Below are positions 18,199-26,127 of a stretch of DNA of 64,000 bases, in pieces. The stretch comes from Fermentimonas sp. (lineage in GTDB: Bacteria; Bacteroidota; Bacteroidia; Bacteroidales; Dysgonomonadaceae), in the NCBI GenBank assembly GCA_028683355.1, contig JAQUIZ010000001.1, forward strand, positions 15,618 to 79,617. The letters are read 5' to 3'. Made by a program: the position numbers and the translations under genes. The notes below the pieces were generated by a model that was not told where the DNA came from, made no database searches, and worked only from the letters and a program-made list of their open reading frames with translations. Position 1 is the stretch's first letter. The number at the start of each line of letters is the position of its first letter.

Positions 18199-19785
18199 AT
18201 GAGTATAATAAACTTTTCAAATACCCGTCAGATGGAGGGGATTCTTGACGAAATAAGTCAAGTAAAGGAACTTATCGAGAGTAAGATAAATTTGTCGCGC
18301 ACCGCCGACAGAGAAAAACGTGCAAGTCTGACTGCAAACAAGGTAATGCGCATTTGCTTTATAGTCGGTTTGAGTCTGACAACAGAACGCAAGGAAGAAG
18401 AATACAAGGATATACAGCTATCTGCCACATCGGCACGTATCGTTCCGAGCTTCTTCACGATGCACGATTTATCTACCTTATATTCTGCATTACTGAAATT
18501 GCGCTATGCCAATCTGAATATAGATTGGTCACAAAATGCCGTGCTTTCACGCATTATTGCAGCCGAAATGCTGCGTGGCAGAGACTACCTGTTGATAGAC
18601 AATAATTTGGATTCCATATTATACGCCGTAAACAACAAGGTTGCAATGGTAAAAGATATTCCTGCCCTGAACTTGATAATAGGCAACTATGGCGATGTGG
18701 AAATGGAGGCTACTCTTGATATCAACAGCCGTGACATTACCAATTCGCAAATCATCATTGCAGGTGCTACGGGTTCAGGAAAGACGAATCTGCTTGCAGT
18801 GCTGATGCAACAGTTCAGAGCATTATCGTCTGAATCGCAATATCCGGTAAACTTCCTGCTTTTCGATTACAAAGGAGAGTTCAGCGACATTCAGAACAAT
18901 CACTGGCTTTCACATTTCGATGTGGATCGCAGCTGTATCTTAGACCCGATTGAGCATCCCCTACCGTTCACGCCGTTCAAGGATTTTACAGACCGCCCAA
19001 TCAACGAAATAAATCTTTATTCATCCGAAATGGCTTCGGCTCTATGCTCAATTGACCGAGTATCAGCCAGTGCAAATATGAATAACCGATTGAGTGAAGC
19101 CATTGTAGAAGCATATAAGAAAACAGAAGGCGCGCCCATTACATTCAACATGATGTTGGAAGAATATCAAGCCAAGATGACAGATGCCGGAAAGGACGAC
19201 AGCATTTCGTCTGTATTGAAACAGTTGGTGCGTGCTAACATCTTCGAGGAGGAAGACAAAGCCAGCCTTATCGATGACTGCTACATCATAAAAATGGACG
19301 GCTACCCCAAAGACGGCCCGATAGCAAAGGCTATTGTCTATTTCATTATCTCAAAGCTTAATAATATATACGAACAACTCGAAAAACAAGCGACTAACGA
19401 GGATGTAGTGCAAATCCGCCATTTCTCGATCATTGACGAAGCGCACTATATGCTGGATTTTGACAATCGCCCATTACGGAATCTGATTGCCGTAGGCAGA
19501 AACAAGGGATTAAGCATTATCCTTGCCACCCAAAATATGAGCAGTTTCAAGAGCAAAGGCTTTGATTTTTATGCTAATGCCCAATATCCGCTCATCATGA
19601 AGCAGCAAACTATTGACGACAAGGTTATCAAAGACCTATATGGGGTAAGCGGACAAGAACTGCAAGAGGTGCGTACTGCCATAGCCGGACTCCAGAAAGG
19701 CGAACTGATTATCAAAGACCAAATGGCCTTTGCTTTGGGTATGGGTAAGAAATATAAGAAAATCAATGTGACACATTTGATATAA
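18199..19785 (+). CDS. HerA/FtsK-like P-loop ATPase with an unassigned N-terminal domain
   Basis: Walker A IIIAGATGSGKTNLLAVL, Walker B FSIIDEAHYMLD and LSIILATQNMSSF. The first ~170 aa have no recognisable motif. Confidence 0.75.
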   Translation: MSIINFSNTRQMEGILDEISQVKELIESKINLSRTADREKRASLTANKVMRICFIVGLSLTTERKEEEYKDIQLSATSARIVPSFFTMHDLSTLYSALLKLRYANLNIDWSQNAVLSRIIAAEMLRGRDYLLIDNNLDSILYAVNNKVAMVKDIPALNLIIGNYGDVEMEATLDINSRDITNSQIIIAGATGSGKTNLLAVLMQQFRALSSESQYPVNFLLFDYKGEFSDIQNNHWLSHFDVDRSCILDPIEHPLPFTPFKDFTDRPINEINLYSSEMASALCSIDRVSASANMNNRLSEAIVEAYKKTEGAPITFNMMLEEYQAKMTDAGKDDSISSVLKQLVRANIFEEEDKASLIDDCYIIKMDGYPKDGPIAKAIVYFIISKLNNIYEQLEKQATNEDVVQIRHFSIIDEAHYMLDFDNRPLRNLIAVGRNKGLSIILATQNMSSFKSKGFDFYANAQYPLIMKQQTIDDKVIKDLYGVSGQELQEVRTAIAGLQKGELIIKDQMAFALGMGKKYKKINVTHLI

Positions 19786-19800
19786 AAAACATTCTAGCAA

Positions 19801-21390
19801 ATGATAGAACGCGTTGTTATCAAAAATTTCAAAGGAATAAAGGATGCAGACATTTCCTTTAACGATAAAATCAATATCATTGTAGGAAATAATGGAGTAG
19901 GCAAATCCACTCTTATAGAAGCAATCGCAATAGCTTTAGGGTATGGTATCAATCAACTTGAAATCACCCAGTATCTTTTTCACGCAACAACGTGGAAAGA
20001 TTTTGACGAGAGGAAGACCTTACCTGAGATTGTTATTGAGTTGTACTTCAATGAATCATTCTCTGCAGAATACTCAGGAAAGAACAATAGTTTATCGCTG
20101 TTAGCACCTGGAATCAGATTAAGAATTGCTTGTGATAATTCTTATTTAACATTATTTCAAGAGCAAAAAGAACAATACAAGCATATACCATGTGAGTTTT
20201 ATATCATTGACAGACATTGGTTTTCTGGAGAAACTGTCAAACAATTGCTAATTCCTTTCACTCCTTGGATAATAGACTCATCATCTAACACCTTTAACAA
20301 TAAAGCCAATCAGTTAGCTACACGCCTAATTTCGCATAAACTATCTGATACAGAACGTGTACAAGTCAAAGGATGTTTGAGAGCACTTAGAGAACATTTC
20401 GAAAGCGACAACAAAGTCAATGAAATCAACACTTCGCTAAATGATAAAATAAAGGACGTGTCTCCAGACTTTAAATTGACTGTGGATTTAACTACCAAAA
20501 CAGCATGGAATACAATTTTATGTCCTGTTTTAAAAGATATTCCTTTTTCCCAAATCGGTTTAGGAGATCAGTGTATTGTCAATACCCTCTTATCACTTGA
20601 TTCATCAAACAAGATAGAACGAAAAGAAAAATTATTGATTGTTGAAGAGCCAGAATCTCACTTATCTCATACAAAAATGTATGAACTACTGAACTGTTTA
20701 GACGATTTTAAAGGACAAATATTTATAACCACACATAGCAGTTATGTTGCGAATAAGTTATCTCTTAGTAATTTGCTAGTATTAGGGAATGAGAATGGAA
20801 AGATTTGCAATCAAAAAATTTTCGATTTAGATGACTATAATTTCTTCGCCAGAGTTCCAAACTATCCAACTTTACGGATTGCTCTGTGTAAAAAAGCAAT
20901 ACTAGTTGAAGGTCCTACTGATGAAATGGTATTATTATATCATTTCATGAAAGAATATCAATGTCATCCATTTGCCATGAACATTGAACTTATTTCTGTT
21001 GGAGGAGTAGTATTTAAACATTTCGCTCAATTAGGAGCTACACTTAATAAAAAAATCGCCATAATCACTGACAATGACTCATCTCCACTTGAAGAGCTAA
21101 AAAAGAAAAGAGCTATTAACCAAGAACTAAATGTTAGGCTATTTTCTGAGGAAAACACTCTAATACATACATTAGAGCCTGCTTTTGTTCGTGCAAATCT
21201 CAGTAATATTGATAAATTATCATTGTTGGTTAGAGGAAAAGTTGAATCAGAAGAAACAGAAGAAAAGTTATCGGACTATATGGTAAAACATAAAACTGAG
21301 TGGGCTCAAAAATTATTAGAAGCCAAATCTTATGATTATGATGTTCCGCAATATATAAAAGACGCAGTAAATTGGTTAGTTAATGGTTAG
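19801..21390 (+). CDS. gajA: OLD-family ABC ATPase-TOPRIM nuclease (GajA-like)
   Basis: Walker A VGNNGVGKSTLIEAI and Walker B LLIVEEPESHLSH. The TOPRIM Glu is in AILVEGPTDEMVL and the DxD motif is in IAIITDNDSS. Confidence 0.8.
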   Translation: MIERVVIKNFKGIKDADISFNDKINIIVGNNGVGKSTLIEAIAIALGYGINQLEITQYLFHATTWKDFDERKTLPEIVIELYFNESFSAEYSGKNNSLSLLAPGIRLRIACDNSYLTLFQEQKEQYKHIPCEFYIIDRHWFSGETVKQLLIPFTPWIIDSSSNTFNNKANQLATRLISHKLSDTERVQVKGCLRALREHFESDNKVNEINTSLNDKIKDVSPDFKLTVDLTTKTAWNTILCPVLKDIPFSQIGLGDQCIVNTLLSLDSSNKIERKEKLLIVEEPESHLSHTKMYELLNCLDDFKGQIFITTHSSYVANKLSLSNLLVLGNENGKICNQKIFDLDDYNFFARVPNYPTLRIALCKKAILVEGPTDEMVLLYHFMKEYQCHPFAMNIELISVGGVVFKHFAQLGATLNKKIAIITDNDSSPLEELKKKRAINQELNVRLFSEENTLIHTLEPAFVRANLSNIDKLSLLVRGKVESEETEEKLSDYMVKHKTEWAQKLLEAKSYDYDVPQYIKDAVNWLVNG

Positions 21391-22555
21391 AAACAATATT
21401 TGTTACATAGCATCCGCTGGTGCTGGTAAAACGACCAAATTGGTTAAAGATGCAGCAATTAATGCGACCAATGATTCTTGCAAAAAAATTGCAATTATCA
21501 CATACACACAGAATAATCAAGCCCATATTAGAAGTAAATTAGAACAATATGAATTTGGTTATAAAATTGTTGTAATGGGTTGGTTTGAGTTTCTATTAAA
21601 GCATTGGATAACACCATTTAAGACGATGATTTTTCCACACCTAATTGATTCTCATATAGGCATAGCTCCTGTTGAAGGCAAATCTGGAATTAAAAAACTC
21701 TCAGATGGAAGAACTTTTGTTGCTTATCAAAAGGAAGATTACAGTAAAAAATATCTAACCACTGAAGGATCTAAAGTATATACTGATAAAATATCGGAAT
21801 TAGCCTATGAATTATATACAAGAAACGAAACAGATGTGATCGAAAGGTTAAATTCCATATTTGATTTTTTATATTTTGATGAATGTCAGGATTTTGTAGG
21901 ATACGATTATGAAATCCTGAAAATATTACTTGTAAAGTCTAAGATTTGTTGTGTCCTAGCCGGAGATCCTCGTCAACATACATATTCGACACATGCAACT
22001 TCAAAGTATAAAAAATTTTCTGGAGATATTGCAACTTTCATTCAAGAAAACATCAATAGAAAAAGAAAACAATATGTAATCATAGATAAAACAAGTCTTG
22101 TCAAATCTCACAGATGTCCGCCATCTATATGCAATTTTGCAAATGTAATAATGTCTCAATTTCCCAAAATGGAATCTGCTAATATGCGATATTACCAAAC
22201 TGAACATTGCAAACTGGTTAGGCAAAAAGACGCTGAAAATTATATAAACAGATTCAATCCCATTGCACTTATCTGGAACCATAGCGCAAAAGATAAAGTA
22301 CACTCAAATATTAGCAGAATATACAACATGGGGGAAGTTAAAGGTCTTGACTTTCTGAATATCATCGTTTATCCAACAAAAACTATGGAAAAGTGGATAA
22401 AAGATACAAATACAGAATTATCAAGAGAGGCACGAGCCAAATTATATGTAGCTGTTACACGAGCGGAAATATCAACAGGAATAGTTGTTCCTGACGATTT
22501 TCATATTCCATTAAATTCTAAGATTCAATTTTGGGACAACAATTCAGGCATATAG
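21383..22555 (+). CDS. gajB: short UvrD-like SF1 helicase (GajB-like)
   Basis: Motifs ASAGAGKTTKLV, LYFDECQDFVGYD, LAGDPRQHTY and LYVAVTRAEIS. It overlaps the gajA-like gene by 8 nt. Confidence 0.75.
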   Translation: MVRNNICYIASAGAGKTTKLVKDAAINATNDSCKKIAIITYTQNNQAHIRSKLEQYEFGYKIVVMGWFEFLLKHWITPFKTMIFPHLIDSHIGIAPVEGKSGIKKLSDGRTFVAYQKEDYSKKYLTTEGSKVYTDKISELAYELYTRNETDVIERLNSIFDFLYFDECQDFVGYDYEILKILLVKSKICCVLAGDPRQHTYSTHATSKYKKFSGDIATFIQENINRKRKQYVIIDKTSLVKSHRCPPSICNFANVIMSQFPKMESANMRYYQTEHCKLVRQKDAENYINRFNPIALIWNHSAKDKVHSNISRIYNMGEVKGLDFLNIIVYPTKTMEKWIKDTNTELSREARAKLYVAVTRAEISTGIVVPDDFHIPLNSKIQFWDNNSGI

Positions 22556-22655
22556 GACAATAACACTATGCCTGATCGTTTATGCTAAGTATTTTAAAGA
22601 ATAATTCTTTTGAATACATGAAATAGATAAATATTAACAAATTAGACAAATAAGT

Positions 22656-23183
22656 ATGAGTATGCCAGATGATAGAAGACCAAGAATTATCGACGTAACA
22701 CGCAAGCCGACAAAATGTCCAGATTGCGGTGAAAGAGTCGTTGATATAATTTATGGTACTGGAGATATGACTGAAATTGAGTTTGCACTTCAATACAGAA
22801 AAGAAGCCATTATGGGTGGAGACAATATACCTCGTCGTCCTCCAATATGGTGTTGCTCGTGTGGATGCAAACGATTTAGAAAAGTGAATCCTGATGGAAC
22901 GGATGCTCCAGTAAAAGTAAAAATGCTGAAAAACATCCGTAAAGCACCTGCCTCTAAAATAAATTGGAGTTCAAAGATGATTGAAACAGCCTTAGATAAC
23001 AAGGATATCTATACTATACATCACTATCATGCAAAGATAATTACTGAACTTGGTGAATGTGAAACTCTTTCTCTAACTGCCGTAAGTACTGAAGATGCAA
23101 AAGAACTGGCAAAAGAATTAGTATCAAGTGGTTTACTTGGACTTGACGGTCGTACTTGTATGAATATAGAATTTATAGAATAG
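22656..23183 (+). CDS. zinc-ribbon protein, function unknown
   Basis: 175 aa. CPDCGERV ... WCCSCGCKRF forms a Cys4-type ribbon, with an unassigned C-terminal half. It lies 7 nt upstream of the next gene. Confidence 0.55.
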   Translation: MSMPDDRRPRIIDVTRKPTKCPDCGERVVDIIYGTGDMTEIEFALQYRKEAIMGGDNIPRRPPIWCCSCGCKRFRKVNPDGTDAPVKVKMLKNIRKAPASKINWSSKMIETALDNKDIYTIHHYHAKIITELGECETLSLTAVSTEDAKELAKELVSSGLLGLDGRTCMNIEFIE

Positions 23184-23190
23184 TTCGCAA

Positions 23191-24210
23191 ATGGAAAAGA
23201 CAATCGATGGAGTAGTATACTATCTTCCGAGTAATTTAACATCGGAACAAGAAGCCATTTATGTTCACATCATAGACTGGAAGCGAAAATACATCACTAC
23301 GCAAAGAGGTTTATACAGGGGACATGAATACGATGCTATATTCCCAGATGAGAACCCTATCCCAGAAATGCTGTACAAACCGATAATACCATTGCTGAAT
23401 GAAATGCAACAAGGTAAATTTGCTTATAAACCACATAAGTTTGCCTATCACGCCGTAAGTTCACAGACTGCTTGTATCAATCTTTTCATGCCTTTACTCC
23501 TTTCTGAAGATGCAGACAGCATATTACCTATGATTCCAGGATGTCCTGCGGACTTCAGTAAGATAGCAAGAGACAAGTTGTTCAGTGGATTCTGTTTTGA
23601 ATATTGGGGACAAGACATTAAACAAGGCACAGGTGTATTGAATGACCATTCCAGCCAGGCCGGAACGGATGCGGATGTCGCAATTGCGTATTATAACAAG
23701 GAAGACAAATTATGTCTATGGCTTATAGAACATAAACTGAGCGAGAAAGAGTTTACAATGTGCGGTGCATACAAAAGCAAAGCAAATAGAAACAAGCATA
23801 ATTGTTCTCAATGTGATTTCATGAGTATAGCCAAAGAGCCTCAGAAATGCCATTATCACAAGATAGGATATGAATACTGGAATATTCTAAAGAAAAATAT
23901 GGAAAGATTCCAAGGTTTAATTGAGATTGAAGGCTGTCCATTCAAAAACGGACTTAACCAGCTATGGCGTAATCAGATGCTTGCATTTGCGTTGCAGGAA
24001 ACAGGAGAGTATCATACAGTAACTTTCTCGGTATGCCATCATGCAAGAAACACCATGTTAGACAAGTCAATCAATCGATACAAAGCATTAACCTGTGGAG
24101 ATAGAATATTCAGTTCTTTCACCAACTATGATGTTTTGAATGCTGTAACTACGCACGATTATGATTTGCCAAAATGGATACAATGGTATAAAGAGGTCTA
24201 TTGCTTTTAA
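23191..24210 (+). CDS. PD-(D/E)XK nuclease-like protein with a Cys/His-rich insert
   Basis: HAVSSQTACINLFMPLL is followed by GTDADVAIAYYNKEDKLCLWLIEHKLSEKEF (a D ... E-x-K core). After that comes C-x13-C-x2-C ... C-H-x-H. Confidence 0.6.
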   Translation: MEKTIDGVVYYLPSNLTSEQEAIYVHIIDWKRKYITTQRGLYRGHEYDAIFPDENPIPEMLYKPIIPLLNEMQQGKFAYKPHKFAYHAVSSQTACINLFMPLLLSEDADSILPMIPGCPADFSKIARDKLFSGFCFEYWGQDIKQGTGVLNDHSSQAGTDADVAIAYYNKEDKLCLWLIEHKLSEKEFTMCGAYKSKANRNKHNCSQCDFMSIAKEPQKCHYHKIGYEYWNILKKNMERFQGLIEIEGCPFKNGLNQLWRNQMLAFALQETGEYHTVTFSVCHHARNTMLDKSINRYKALTCGDRIFSSFTNYDVLNAVTTHDYDLPKWIQWYKEVYCF

Positions 24211-24225
24211 ACAATATAGTTTGCG

Positions 24226-24900
24226 TTACAATACAGTCAAAGCAGCCACACAACTTTGTTGGGTATCTTCTATCAGTTTTAAAAAGAGCATTGGGTCTAT
24301 GCTATTTCCATTGAACTTACAGGTAATATGCAGGTGTTCCCCGGTGCTACGCCCCGTATTGCCTGTAATCCCGACAACATCACCCGGCAGAACTGCCTGC
24401 CCCTGTGACACGAAAATTTGAGACAGGTGGCAATAGCTGACGATGAAGCTGCCGTGTTGTAACGTGACATATTTTCCTGATACTTTGTCCTCTCCTACCT
24501 TCAGCACTCTCCCCTGCATCATGGCAAACACCTTGGCACTCCGGGCATGGAGGTCAATGCCGTTGTGAAACTTCCTCTTCCCTGTAAAAGGGTCTTTCCG
24601 ATAGCCGTATGGCGAATTGATTTTGACAGATGAGAGCGGATAGCATACGCTAAGATAGTGTGCTACCTGCTCTTTCTTTTTGGTATCCGTACTTGACAAA
24701 GCAACCTTGTCGGGTACGGACTTTTCGTTTTCAGAGGTGATGCTTTCGGGTGTCGCCTCTGTTTCGTTTGTCGTCCGGGATGGATTTTCCACAACGACTT
24801 TATAGCTATTGCCCGGACAGGAAACCGTGTTGAACTGCGCTTTTGCATGGTTTCCGGACAATAGCAAAAGAAGGGATATAAGGATTCGTGTTTTACTCAT
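24226..24900 (-). CDS. secreted M23 (LytM-type) metallopeptidase
   Basis: Signal peptide MSKTRILISLLLLLSGNHAKAQ from the ATG at 24900. Motifs HNGIDLHA (HxxxD) and GNTGRSTGEHLHI (HxH). Confidence 0.8.
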   Translation of the reverse strand: MSKTRILISLLLLLSGNHAKAQFNTVSCPGNSYKVVVENPSRTTNETEATPESITSENEKSVPDKVALSSTDTKKKEQVAHYLSVCYPLSSVKINSPYGYRKDPFTGKRKFHNGIDLHARSAKVFAMMQGRVLKVGEDKVSGKYVTLQHGSFIVSYCHLSQIFVSQGQAVLPGDVVGITGNTGRSTGEHLHITCKFNGNSIDPMLFLKLIEDTQQSCVAALTVL

Positions 24901-25120
24901 AGATGCAAATGTAGGAACAGTTTTCCGTCCACGCCAAAAGATGCCCTGATTTACACTCAAAATATAACATTAAACAAGTTCAGAGTATGATTATTATACC
25001 ACAATCATACTTAAAACATAAATAAACACAAATAATCAGACTATTTGCAGCAATAAAAATTGAAGTATGAATAATAGTACATACCTTTACCAAAGTATAA
25101 TTAAAATATCATATCAAAAT

Positions 25121-25879
25121 ATGAAACAAGTACGATTTGAATTTGAGGAACTGCCATACGACACCCTGTCGCAGTTCGGACTTACCCAAGAAATGATTGA
25201 AGACCTGCCCATGCAGACCTTGGAGGCAATCAGTCACGGCAGACACTCTCCCGTACTGCCCATCAAGGTAAATGACGAGAACGGAAACACCGTTACCGAG
25301 CGAAGCCGTTTCGCTTTCGTGCGCAAGGAAAACGGAGAAGCCGATGTGATATTCTTCCCGGTATTGAAGAAATCGCCTTTGGAGAAATACAACGAGGAGC
25401 AGAAAAAGCAGCTCCAATCCGGCAAGACCATCCTTGCAGACTCCGTAACGGCGGACGGACGCAAGACCAAGGTATTCGTGCAGATCGACACCGAGACCAA
25501 CCAGGTCATGTCCGTTCCCACACAGGTCATCGCCCGCAACCTTCAGGTATTGGCAGAGGAACTGAAACTCAGCAATGCCGAAATCAAGGTGATGCAGCAA
25601 GGGGAACCTTTGACCTTTGTGATGGAAGACGAACCGGTTACGGTCGGCATTGACCTGAACGAGAAGAACGGCATCCGCTTCTGCCAGGGCGACAGCCAGA
25701 AATGGAGCGAGCACACCAAAAGAGAATGGGACAAATACACATTCGGCTGTTACGGCTGTTGGGTCATGGACGATGACGGAAATCTTGACTATGTACCCGA
25801 AGAACAGTACACAGAAGAACTCTGGAACGAACAGAAAAAGAGTGCCCAGCGCAATATGGGTGCAGGACTTCACAAATAA
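25121..25879 (+). CDS. DUF4099-like protein of Bacteroides conjugative elements
   Basis: FEFEELPYDTLSQFGLTQEMIEDLPMQTLEAISHGRHSPVLPIKV resembles the DUF4099 N-terminal pattern, judged from memory. The ATG at 25121 is preferred over the 25067 start. Confidence 0.5.
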   Translation: MKQVRFEFEELPYDTLSQFGLTQEMIEDLPMQTLEAISHGRHSPVLPIKVNDENGNTVTERSRFAFVRKENGEADVIFFPVLKKSPLEKYNEEQKKQLQSGKTILADSVTADGRKTKVFVQIDTETNQVMSVPTQVIARNLQVLAEELKLSNAEIKVMQQGEPLTFVMEDEPVTVGIDLNEKNGIRFCQGDSQKWSEHTKREWDKYTFGCYGCWVMDDDGNLDYVPEEQYTEELWNEQKKSAQRNMGAGLHK

Positions 25880-25891
25880 TCTTCAATCCTT

Positions 25892-26122
25892 ATGATTATG
25901 GCACAAAACGCATTTTATCCCGAAGACGTTCTCATCGAGAAGATGGAGAGCGGAGAATACAGCTGGCTGGATTATGTCAACCACTTTTCTGCCGAATGGC
26001 AGGATGAACTGGCGGAATACTGCACGGAACACGCATTGGAAATCAACGATGCCTCTGCCGAGCAGTTCGTCCATTACAAAAGCGAACAATTAGAAGCCGC
26101 CATGGAGAGCGGTGAAGCATAG
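25892..26122 (+). CDS. small acidic hypothetical protein
   Basis: 76-aa ORF tightly packed between neighbours on the same strand. No motif recognised. Confidence 0.4.
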   Translation: MIMAQNAFYPEDVLIEKMESGEYSWLDYVNHFSAEWQDELAEYCTEHALEINDASAEQFVHYKSEQLEAAMESGEA

Positions 26123-26127
26123 AAATT

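Larger units (their letters stand above)
8304..24225. other. defence-gene island (cargo) inside the conjugative element
   Basis: Dense run of defence-type genes. Much of it is visibly AT-richer than the flanking backbone, especially 8.3-11.8 kb and 19.8-24.2 kb. Confidence 0.7.

Noticed and set aside
8332-19785. Possibility that the SIR2 protein and the HerA-like ATPase form a SIR2-HerA system
   Set aside because: In the described systems the two genes are adjacent and co-transcribed. Here they are 8 kb apart on opposite strands, with a complete type III R-M operon between them.
8257-24957. Shared 9-mer ATTTACACT at both borders of the defence island (8257-8265 and 24949-24957), considered as a target-site duplication
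   Set aside because: A single 9-nt match between two ~100-nt AT-rich regions is within chance expectation. No longer flanking similarity was seen.
25109-25873. 254-aa ORF on the minus strand
   Set aside because: It is an exact antisense shadow of the DUF4099-like gene (25121-25879). The plus-strand product has a recognisable family pattern and fits the co-oriented operon.
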